In this document: in pieces, positions 13,310 through 23,560 of the stretch | How the letters are laid out: each line of letters begins with the position of its first letter | Numbering within the stretch: position 1 is the stretch's first letter | Assembly: GCA_030324005.1 (NCBI GenBank) | Contig: JARDVH010000121.1 | Coordinates: forward strand, 55,904,101 to 55,968,100 | DNA length: 64,000 bases | DNA from: Negaprion brevirostris | Taxonomy: Eukaryota | Direction: 5' to 3' | The notes under the pieces: generated by a model | Seen by the model: only the letters and a program-made list of their open reading frames with translations | Database searches by the model: none | Told to the model about the DNA's origin: nothing | Program-made: the position numbers and the translations under genes

Positions 13310-13323
13310 GTTGCTATAGTAAC
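13310..13323. promoter_or_regulatory. Candidate RFX X-box
   Basis: GTTGCTATAGTAAC, a near-palindromic match to the RFX consensus GTTRCYNnRGYAAC, in non-repetitive sequence. A second X-box-like site (gttctccctggttac) lies at about 13246-13261. Confidence 0.35.
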
Positions 13324-14020
13324 AGACTGCTAAGTGCAGCCTCAAGGTCGGTCAGTTATGACAGTGATCAGTCTGCTCAATGTGCAGGATTGTACTCGCT
13401 ACATTTGAAAGGTTATTGGAATTATTTTGTGCCGGTCTCCTTATGCACTAATACTTCAATTCAAATTGTTGATGAAAATATGAAGTGATTTCTTTCTTTG
13501 ATTTTTTTTTTGGTTACCAGTTTGCAGATATTTATTTCAACAGAGGTGGGAAAAGGAGAAAATTGTGTGCTTATCTATACTTTATGTACTATAAAAAAAA
13601 TCTATATTTTAAAGTCTGATTTCTTAATGGTATTTAAAAGATAATCTGAATTTGAGGTGACCCTAACATCACATTAAAAGATTCACAGTCTACTTGTTTC
13701 AAATGAACTTTCCTTATATAGATAAAGCCATATATATATTTAACTTGGAATGGGCTTGGAGGTGAAAAGGAAATGTGTGAGAATTTAGACATCAGCTTTT
13801 GAATGTTTGACAGAATCCCATTCAGATAGCGTTTCAGTTGGCCTTTTGATGAATTTGGTGCTTTCCTTTTGTTTTCGTGGTTGCTGTGAGAAATGTTGAA
13901 GCTTTGTTGCTGGTCTCTCATCTCTAGTCTAGGTTGTGTTTTGCAAACGCTGAACATGTAAGCAGCTAAGCTATAAAGTAATGATGTAGGTTATATACAA
14001 AGTCTATTTAAAAAAATGGA

Positions 14021-14185
14021 TAAAAGCAAATTATTGCAGACGCTGGAATCTGAAACAAAAAGAGAAAATGCTGGAAAATTTCAGCATAGCTGCAGGGTCA
14101 TCTGGACTTGATGTCAGCTCTTTTCTCTCCTTACAGATGCTGCCAGACCTGCTGAGATGTTCCAGCATTTTCGCTTTTGGGTTCT
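14021..14185. repeat. Palindromic PLE-derived element (hairpin)
   Basis: The left arm gaaacaaaaagagaaaatgctggaaaatttcagca is the near reverse complement of the right arm tgctgagatgttccagcattttcgcttttgggttc. Confidence 0.75.
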
Positions 14186-14659
14186 ATAAAGTCTGAATTG
14201 TGATAAGTTGGCTTTTACTAATTAAAAAAAATTTCTAGCTGCAGATGTGTCGTCCTTTTTTGCAATAAGTGTGCTGAACAAAATGTATCCTTGTATTGTA
14301 AGTGATCGTTGAGAAAAAAGAGGTCAGAGACTCGGTGGCAGGCAGGAGAAGGGACTTTGAATGTAATTTGCATGGTCGGTCAAATTCAAATGCTTTGGTA
14401 ATTCCATTATCTGCACTTCTAAGAATTTTCTTTTGTTCACTTGTTTGGAATTTGCACATTTGTCCTTAAGTGTACTTAGAAAAAATTATGGACTAAGCTT
14501 TATGGGCTGAACCTTGAATTTCTTATGTCCTAGGAACACAGTAGTGGAAAATCTTCTTTCAGATTTTCTGGTAATTCTTGCTTTGTGAAGTCTGAGGCAA
14601 AATGTTGCAGCTGCATAAAAGTTTCTTCTACTGTATGTATGTTCTTCTGCCTGGGGTAT

Positions 14660-15420
14660 TGAGTCACAGAATTATTTTTGGTGCAGAAGGAAGCCATTCA
14701 GCCCATTGTGTCTGCACAGCACTCCAAATGAGCAACTTGCCTAGAGCCATTCCCCTACCTTCTCTGTGTGTTCTTCCTTTTCAGATAGCAGTTTAAATCC
14801 TCCTTGAATGTTTCAATTAAACCTGCCTCCATCACACACTCAGGCAGTGCATTCCAAACACTAAATGTTCATTGTGTGAAAATTAGTTTTTCTCCTCTCT
14901 TGTTTTTGCTTTTTATTAATTATTTTAAATCAGTGCCCTCTTATTCTCAATTTTCTCTCACAGGTGTGGACCATTTCTCCCTATTTACTCTGGCCAGAGC
15001 CCTCATGATTTTGAATACCTTTTATCAAACCTCCTCTTAATCTTTTGTTTCTTTGACAAAGATTAAGGAAAATCATCCTAATTATCTTGATAACTGAAAT
15101 TCCTCATCCTTGGAACCATTCTTGTGAATCTTTTATGCATCCTTTCTAAAGTTGTCCATTAAATGCAGTAGTTCAGCTGAGTTCGGACCAGTGACTTGCA
15201 CTGACTCAACATGACCTTTTTCTTGTATTCTATCCCCTTTTAATAAGGCTTTATTAACTGTGTTCTCAGCCTGTCCTGTCACCTTCAGTGATTTCTGTAT
15301 ATTTAGGTTCCTCCACTCTTGTACTGCTTTGAGTCGTACCTTTCATTTTGTATTGTATGTCCATGTTCTTCCTACCATACTAAACCACTTCATATTTCTC
15401 TGCATTGAACTTTTATTGCC
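14660..15420 (-). mobile_element. Decayed CR1 LINE 3' part
   Basis: Starts with a reversed tail (gcagaaggaagccattcagcccattgtgtctgc), followed by reversed ORF2 C-terminal sequence (ccctcatgattttgaatacc, ggaaccattcttgtgaatc). Confidence 0.8.
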
Positions 15421-15424
15421 GAGG

Positions 15425-15750
15425 AGAGGTGGTGATGTAATGGCATTGTCACTGGATGAGTAACCCAGAGACCCATGGCAGGGGGTGAAATTTGAATTCA
15501 ATAAGAAAAATCTGGAATTAAAAGTCTAATAATGACTATGAAATCATTGTAGTAAAAGCCCATTTGATTCACTAATGTCCTTTAGGGCAGGAAATTTGCC
15601 ATCCTTGCGTGGCTTGGCCTACTTGTGACTCCAGATCCACAGCAATGTGGTTGACTCTCAAATGCCCTCCAAAAAGGAAGGTAGTTATGGATGGACAATA
15701 AATGCCAGCTTAGCCATTGCTGCCCCCAGCTCACAAATTGAAAAAAAAAA
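15425..15750 (+). mobile_element. tRNA-derived SINE family C, near full length
   Basis: tRNA-like head ggtgatgtaatggcattgtcactggatgagtaacccagag, core ttcactaatgtcctttagggcaggaaatttgcc, LINE-B-like tail gatggacaataaatgcc and an A-tail. Confidence 0.85.
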
Positions 15751-15984
15751 TGTCCTTTTGAAATTCTGTCAGCCACAAAGCTTGAAGTTGTGTCCTGTAC
15801 ATCAAGGTCTCGATTGTTAATATACATGACCTGTTGTCTTACCATATGCACAAGAACAAAATGTAAGGATGTTTGTGTATCTGGTAGTTTTCTTTTTCTA
15901 ATGCTAGCATCGTCTCCATCATGTAGTTAATATTCATTTATCATTGCCTCCAATGTGCTAGCTTAGCCTTGGCTGACCAAAGGT

Positions 15985-16640
15985 AAGAGTATTTCAAGAC
16001 CATGATATCAAATCCAAGACCAAGGTATGGTTCAGCAGGCAGCAGTGATCTGATTCTTGAGCTTCGTAGACTTGGGCAACCTAAGGAAGCGCAAAGCACT
16101 GTATAAGTACCATGAGCAGTATCTTTGCCCAATCCTCAAAATCAGGTGGCACGAAAGGCAGTCCAACAGCAGTATCCTCTCCAAAAGCAATATTTCCAGC
16201 TTCGAGGCATTAATGGTTCTCATTGGGTTCATTGATTTGAATATGCTGCTCATAGAGCAGCTGTAACTGGAATTTTTAGTGTGGCAGGAGATTTCCAGGA
16301 TATCAGCAGAAATGCTTTCGGGATGTCCTCAGAGTATCCATGAGGAGGTCAAATGTTCCTGATGAATCCTCGGCCTGTGACTGACCAAAATGTCAATAGT
16401 TCATTTGGGAAAGCACCAAGCATCCGTTGTCTTCATCAGAAACACACACAGATGAAGTGGAGGCACTTGAGAACGTGCACAAACCTACAAACAGCTGATC
16501 TACCAATCCTTAAAGCATCACCTGCGCTGCATGTGGCAAAATATGCAGATCATGCATTGGATTTCCCAGACACCTGAGAACCCATCAAATTAGAGTGGAA
16601 TCAAGTAATTCTTGATCCCGGAGCACTGCCTGAAAAAAGA
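15985..16640 (+). mobile_element. RTE LINE 3' fragment
   Basis: VFQDHDIKSKTK and KALYKYHEQYLCPILKIRWHERQSNSSILS (ORF 16057-16266) are typical of the RTE C-terminus. RTE-like tail caagtaattcttgatcccggagcactgcctgaaaaaagaa. Confidence 0.8.
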
Positions 16641-17629
16641 ATTAATGTAAGTTCCACTGTATCCCAGATTCATGATCTGTCCGTTGGCTTTGCAGACTTC
16701 GGGTTATAATTCTGACTTTGAATCAAACATCCGATTCTGTTGTTTCTTAGAGTAATATCTAATAACACTGCAAACAATTGAGGAACTGTTGGCTTATTTT
16801 TGTGGGAGATGGAATTGAAGGATATGATGTAAATGTTCTGTTCCTATTGTGAAAAAATGAAATATAATAATAGGATTCTTTTTGTTATGCTATACAAGGT
16901 TTAAAAGCAGGATTCACTGACCAAATGGTCCAGCCTTTTTTTCCCCAGAAGTGGATTTTTTTGAATTTTCTATTTGTCAGCTAACAATATAATTACTGTA
17001 AACCTGTCAATTGACCCAATGCCAGCCAGCTCAATGAATAGAAAGAGTTTCTACTCGCAAATTGTCTTAGACACTCGGCAGTATGTTCTGCCCAGACCGT
17101 GGCAGTTCACACTTGCAAGCAGCAGGGGTGAAGTGAGAGATGGATCCTGAATGCCATGGCTGCTGATTCCAGTTCAGGATCCCCAGAATTCATCAGAGGA
17201 AATGCTGTGTTCATGTGGATGGTGGGGAAGATTCTTCAGGTTCTCAACAACCACTTAAGGTACACGGACAAAAGTGGAGTGCCCTGCAGTGCAATGCAAT
17301 GATTGCCATGAGGGAAAGTCTGAACCTTGACAGGAAGAAGAGCTGGATCATCCTGAGCTATGAGTGTTGAAGACACAGAAGGTGTATGTTAGTGTTGAGT
17401 ATTGTTTTGAGAGGTCAGGACCGACAAAGGGTGTGGTGGTGGTTTTCATTGACTATGTGCCCCTACAAGGACATGAAAGAGGGTCAGACATGCATTTGAT
17501 AACTTGAATACAAAAGCAACTTTATCAACTTCAANNNNNNAATTAATTTACCTTTTCTCTCTGTTTTGAATTTTAATTTGCAAAAAAAAATTGTTGCTGA
17601 ACTCATTTTGAACCATTTGCGACAGTTTT

Positions 17630-17966
17630 TAGCTTTTTATTTATCTGTGGGATGTGGGAATCACTGGCTGGGCCAGCATTTGTTGCTCATCCCTAATTAT
17701 CTTTGAAGCGAGTGGCTTGTTAAGTCATTAGGGAATCACACGTGGTCAGACCAGTTAAGGACGGCAGATTCCTTTCCAAAAGGGATATTAGTGAGCCAGA
17801 TGTGTTTTTAATGACATTTGATAATGGTTTCATGGCCATTGTTAGACTTTTATTGAATTCAAAATTCACCACCGGTAATGGTGAGATTGAAATCCAGATC
17901 CCCATGGCACTACCCTAGGTCTCTGAATTACGAGCCCATTGACAATATCAATATGCTACTACCTCC
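17630..17966 (-). mobile_element. SINE family C
   Basis: Reverse complement of the 15425 copy (ggccagcatttgttgctcatccctaatt...ggtcagaccagttaaggacggcagatt). Confidence 0.85.
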
Positions 17967-18011
17967 TTTAATGCTTCAGTAAGAAATCTCACCAACAGGT
18001 TTATTTGTTAT

Positions 18012-18051
18012 CGTGAGCTTTCAGAGCACTGCTTCTTCATCAGGTGAGTGG
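18012..18051 (-). ncRNA. Minimal type I hammerhead ribozyme motif (partly decayed)
   Basis: The - strand reads CCACTCAC CTGATGA A GAAGC AGT GCTCT GAAA GC TC, with the palindromic AGCU in helix III. Confidence 0.6.
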
Positions 18052-18305
18052 AGAGTTGGGTTCACAAAATGTAAATAGGCATAGACTCCATTGCAAGATA
18101 ATGGTTGGAATGCAAGTCTTATTAGATAATCAAGTCTTTACAGATGCAGACAGTGAGAATGGAGAGGGGGTTAAGCACAGGTTAAAGAGGTGTGAATTGT
18201 CTCAAGCCACGACAGTTAGGAAGATTTTGCAAGCCCAGGACAAATGGTGGGGGTTACACTTAGTGTAGCATGAGCCCAAGGTCCCGGTTGAGGCTGTCCT
18301 CGTAT

Positions 18306-18600
18306 ACAAGGGGGGGACATTTTAGATCAGAGTTGAGGAGGAACTTGTTCACTCAAAGGGTGGTGAATCTCTGGAATTCTCTGCCTGTTGAAGTGGTGGA
18401 GGCTGCCTCGCTAAATATTTTTAANNNNNNNNNNNNNNNNNNNNNNNNNNNNNNNNNNNNNNNNNNNNNNNNNNNNNNNNNNNNNNNNNNNNNNNNNNNN
18501 NNNNNNNNNNNNNNNNNNNNNNNNATGATCTTATTGAATGGCGGGGCAGGCTTGAAGGGCTAGATGGCCTACTCCTGCTCCTATTTCTTATGTTCTTATA
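18306..18600 (+). mobile_element. CR1/HER1 LINE 3' end inserted in the PLE
   Basis: RGGHFRSELRRNLFTQRVVNLWNSLPVEVVEA, with a tail nearly identical to 9205-9276. Gap at 18425-18524. Confidence 0.9.
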
Positions 18601-18656
18601 CGGAATTTGGCAGTGGAGTCTGTGTCTATACATGCCCTGTTTCTGAACCTGACTGT

Positions 18657-18696
18657 CCACTTACCTGATGAAGGAGCAGCGCTCCGAAATCTCATG
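18657..18696 (+). ncRNA. Minimal type I hammerhead ribozyme motif
   Basis: CTGATGA (18665-18671), A, a perfect helix II GGAGC-agc-GCTCC, then GAAA (18686-18689). The helix III palindrome is mutated (ATCT instead of AGCT). Confidence 0.65.
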
Positions 18697-19429
18697 ATAC
18701 CAAATAAACCTGTTGGACTTTAACCTGGTGTTAGGAGACTTCTTCCTGTGCTCACCCAATTCCAACGCTGGCATCTCCACATCATCCTTAATACTCCAGC
18801 AAATTAATATTTAACAGGGATAGCTACCCTATCCCTTTTCATGTATCCTGCTTTACTCTGGTACCTAGATATACTTTTGGTTGGCTGCACACACCTGATC
18901 TGTGTACCAATTTTTTATCTGAAAGGAGGGAAGCAGTGGATCACATGTCTGGAAGAAAGCTCATGCAGTTGTGTTTAGCCTCTGCTAAACAGGAGTTGGC
19001 ACCTGGTTTGGAACTGCTGCTGGCCATGTGCCAGGTTGGGCTCTGGGTGTGGAGCATGGAGAAATAATGGGTGTAGGCACTTGCTATACATCACTGTCAA
19101 TGCCCATCTATTCTTCTACCTGATCTGTAGTACTTTCAGTTTCTACCTGAGCAATGGTGCTGTAATAGCTGAGGAACCCCATTATATGATTTTGATCGGT
19201 CCATCTTGAGCGCCATCATGCAAAGACAAACAGGAAAAGTTGTTTTTGGTGTTTTATCACGTGTTGACATTGTTGGGATGTCACAACTGGTGAATCTGCA
19301 GTTGGCCCAAATTGGTAGTCATTTTTGCGGGTGTGGTTTGCAACTTGCTTGTCCAGACAGTGCTAGTTCCACTTCGGAGTCTTGAATGCGATGATGTCAG
19401 GGTGGGAGAGGAAGGAGATTCAGCATGTT

Positions 19430-19640
19430 GAGTGCCTTACCTTTTCAGTTCTGGTTAAGTCATTAAACTGCTTGTGGCATTGCTCATCTGTCCTGCAGGC
19501 ATGAGATAGTGGTGAGTGCCTCCACCACCTCTTTCCGTGCCTGCCTTTTAAAGTTGTCAGACCCACCTTCCCTTGATCTCATTGAGAACCCTAAAGATAT
19601 CTTCTGTAGAATTATAGCCCCCTTTTCTGCCTAACTGAGC
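19430..19640 (-). pseudogene. PIF/Harbinger Myb/SANT-like DNA-binding protein remnant
   Basis: The - strand encodes KRQARKEVVEALTTIS, then after a frameshift RTDEQCHKQFNDLTRTEK, followed by a gtaagg donor. This matches the AW.EVa....RT..QCrKkfnDL trihelix motif. The element may extend to the TIR-like ggaaattctgcgcc at about 19935. Confidence 0.65.
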
Positions 19641-21624
19641 ATCTCACTGTGTGGTTATCTGAGAGGATTGTTTTTTTAAACAATAGAAACTCTTTGGACT
19701 CCATTTGAAAGAGTTGTCAACCGTTTATTTTAAACTCCCCAGCTTCAGTAAAAAAAATTATTTTTCCTCACTTTCCTACATTTCCCTGGGGGCTCATTAA
19801 TTATATTTAAACCGTGCTAGTTTTTTACACTGCTTGTATTCCATTCACAGGAAATTTCGATGTAAAATGGCTGTGGCACTGGCCATAAATTTCACTATAA
19901 TTAGCTGATTTTGCCACCACAGGAAATTCTGCGCCTCTGTGTGACTGCTGTGCATGAAAAGATATTTGTGATTGCTTCACTAGCTGAGAGGGCTTTCTTG
20001 ATCTCTGCAAAGAATCTGCTGGAATTTCAAAGGAAATACATTGGTATATCCTCTAGTTATTTTTATTCGACTGTTCACCTTTCTATTATGGATGTTTAAC
20101 TCTGAAACTCTAAACCAATAGCTTAGAAATTGTAGTTGGGATTTTTGTCCAAGCATTGTCCCCCTGCCACCTTGTGAATTTGCATGCTGGGATGGCTTTC
20201 TGTATTTTTTTTTGCTTGCTTGACCCTGACAAATTCCATATTTTTCACCTTTTTACTTCTTAGAGATTGCTTTTGCGCTCAGCGTGTTGCAATTGTATTA
20301 TGTTTATTGTTTTGAAATAAAACCATGAATTTGCAGTTTTTTAAAAAAAATTGCAGACATTGGAGATCTGCTTAAAAATAAGATGAGCCAGTTTGTAGTA
20401 TGTCACAATTTGCAGCTTATTTTGGTCACAATTTAGAATCCATTGTCTCAACCAGGCTCATTATCCAGAATCAGCAGGGATGTTGACCTCATTTCAGAGA
20501 TCCAGCAAATAATCTTGCCCTTTTGAAGTGAAGGCAGTTTTACTCACGGAGACCATACCTCTGCTTGTCAGAATATAAAACAAAACAGTGAAAAATCCCA
20601 TGTTTGGTGACTGTCAGAATTTGGTTAAAGACACTTTGCCTGGACCTTGAAGCTAAAGTGCTGGGGATCAGTTTTTAAAGTTCGTTGTTAGGAAAAATGA
20701 TTTGCTGATGGCAGGGGTGCATGGACCATTTATCGCTCCTTAATTTTTTTTCAAGGAGAGAAATGAGTTTGCTTTAATCAAATAAAATTTTCCTGTAGTT
20801 GTAGTAATTTTTATTTGGCCTTGTTGCAAGTGTTTCAGTTTGTCTTTCTAAAGGTTGACGATTGTATGCTTTTTCACATGCAGAAATGCACTGAACATTG
20901 GGGATCACGTTTGAGTCTTCTATGTTACCTTATTGTATAGTTTAGATATTGGGAATTACAGGCACAGGAATTACATACAACCACTGTTGGAGTGAGCAGC
21001 ATGCTACATCTTTGAGAATATATAAGGCTAACCCAAAACTAGTAACCTTAAATGATGTGAATTAACCTTAAATCTGGTGGCCCATGTTTGAGTGGGCACC
21101 AAATGGAAATGTTCCTGGAAAACCATGAAGCTTGCAAAAATACTTGCCATGATTGTTGTATAAGGGGTTTCTGCCCAAAAAGGTCAATAATGCAGGAAAG
21201 TCAGGAGCTTCCTGAGAGAACCTTAAAATTGATGATCACCGTAGATTGTGTGGTGCAAACTGCTGGTTTTACTTCCATGAATTATTATTTGTAAGTAAAT
21301 CTGCAAAGTAATTTGGGTGCGCAAACTGAGAATGAATGAGCATGGGGAAGTGGTATAGATGAGTTTTTCATGTGAAAAAAGTAGGAGGGGTATTGATTGG
21401 AGGAGAAGGAGGAAATGAGAAGTTAAAGGGTTAAGCTCTGTGACGAGGATTTGGAAGAAATGCAAGTAAGTGAAGATTGGAATGAAATGGAGCTTTCTAA
21501 CGCTACAATTCTCTTCATTCATCTGGCGCCTAGCGTTGTTAGTAACATCACAAACTATCTTCCACTGGAAATAAAAATGACAGAAGAAAAGCATTAAAAG
21601 AAATTCAGCAATAGTGCACAAAAA

Positions 21625-22397
21625 CATGTGAACTAGAACAAGGAGTAGGCCATCTGGCCTCTCGAGCCTGCACCTCTATTCAATAAGATCATGGCTGACC
21701 TTTTCGTGGACTCAGCTCCACTTGCCCATCTGCTCCTCATAACCCATTATTCCTTTGCTTTTCAAAAATCTATCCAACTTTGCCTTACTGATGTTCAACG
21801 ATGTACCCTCAACTGCTTCACTGGGCAGGGAATTCCACAGATTCACAAGTTCCTCCTCAACTCAGTCCTAAATCTGCTCCCACTTATTTTGAGGCTATGT
21901 CTCCTAGTTCTAGTTTCACCCGCCAGTGGAAACTACTTCTCTACATCTATCTTGTCTATTCCCTTCATAATTTTTAAGATCCCCCTCGTTCTTCTAAATT
22001 CCAATGAGTATAGCCACAGTCTACTCAGTCTCTCCTCATAAGCCAACCCTCTCAACTCTGGAATCAACTGTGAATTTCCTCTGCACCCCCTCCAGTGTCA
22101 GTATATCCTTTCTCAAGTTAGGAGACCAAAACTCTACACAGTACTCCAGGTGTGGCCTCATCAGCACCTTGAAACAGCTGCAACATAGCCTCGCTGTTTT
22201 TAAACTCCAGCCCTCTAGCAATGAAGGACAAAATTCCATTTGCTGCCTTAATTACCTGCTGCACCCACAAACTGACTTTTTGCGATTCATACACAAGGAC
22301 ACCCAAGTCCTTCTACACAGCAGCATGCTACAAGTTTTTTACCCTTTTAAATAATAGTCCATTTTGTTGTCATTCCTACCAAAATGGATGACCTCAA
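21625..22397 (-). mobile_element. CR1/HER1 LINE 3' part
   Basis: ORF fragments [35 protein letters not shown] and [32 protein letters not shown], with a reversed tail at 21630-21720. Confidence 0.92.
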
Positions 22398-23374
22398 ATG
22401 GCAATGAACAAACCTGAAAGACAAATAAAGTGACCATAGTTTTTGGCTTGCCATGTGCAACGTCACAGGAAATCAACTAATGTATGTTATAATTCTGCGA
22501 AAGTGCTTATCTGCCATGTTGATAACTTCACACCAAACAGTTTTTCTGTCATCTAACAACTTGCACAATTCTAGAAGCTCTACATCAACCTTGGTTTTTG
22601 GTTTATCCTCTGTTGAAATCTAATGCGAATAATAAGGACTCCAGTCTAGCCTATATTTGAATATACCTTTTTATTTAGAACAGTAGGCTATCCCATGAAG
22701 TTGAATTGAGTTGAATATTAAAGTAAATGTCATTTTTTGCTGTGGGAAGATGTTGCCCTCTCCTATTTCCAAGTACAAAATTGAAGGGATAAATGAAGTG
22801 AACTTTTTTAAAGTATGAATTACAGAAGAGGTGCCATTGTGTTTGCTTGGCTGTGACGGTGGAAGTTTTCATTTCCATTTTAAATGCGTTGTCCCCAACC
22901 TGGATTAAATCATTTTTAAGTATTCTTGATCAAAAGAAATTGCCTTTTTCCCTTTGTCTAACTCTTTCTGTATTGTACTGTAATAACCTTGAGAAATAAA
23001 TACTTGCTGTTGTAACATGCTGTGAAAAGTCAATTTTAGTCACAACCCAGGTACTCTGAAGAATGAGTAGTCAGTATCTTTAATTTACACACTGCTTTGT
23101 TTCTGACAGTGGGTTAACAGAGCAACGTCAAATTAATGCACAACTGCAAGCCAGGAACACTGAATGCTCCAGTGAGCTTTTGACATGACTGTGTATGAAT
23201 TAAGCAAGTGGATTCAAAACTTGTCACGGAAAAAATATAGGCTTGCTAATTAATTCAACTAGCAACTTGATGTGTTTTTCCAGCATTTGGAGTAAACTTT
23301 TCCTATGCCTGATTTTGAGCAATTGAGAATGGATCAAGAAAGGTAAATTTTAAGAGCGAAGTACAACCCATTAA

Positions 23375-23560
23375 AAATCAGTGGCTGGTTGTGTTAGAAC
23401 TGCCTACCCTGCTCTTGGGTTAGGTAGGAAGACTGATCAGGGTTCCTGTTGCTGATTACCCATTGAGTTCCTGCAGTAATTCCAAATGTATGGGTGTTAG
23501 ATGAAGATCTAACTTGGTTTGACCATGATGTCCTGCTTTCCAACAATCACTTATTGTATT
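23375..23560 (+). repeat. Old SINE-like repeat fragment
   Basis: gggttaggtaggaagactgatcagggttcctgttgctgattaccc resembles an old chondrichthyan SINE core, recalled from memory only. Confidence 0.35.

Larger units (their letters stand above)
17978..18786. mobile_element. Penelope-like element remnant with inverted terminal repeats, interrupted by CR1
   Basis: Arms 17978-18085 and 18615-18786 are inverted copies. On the - strand, 18260-18302 reads EDSLNRDLGLMLH, like the GLNRDLGFM C-terminus of PLE GIY-YIG proteins. Confidence 0.8.
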
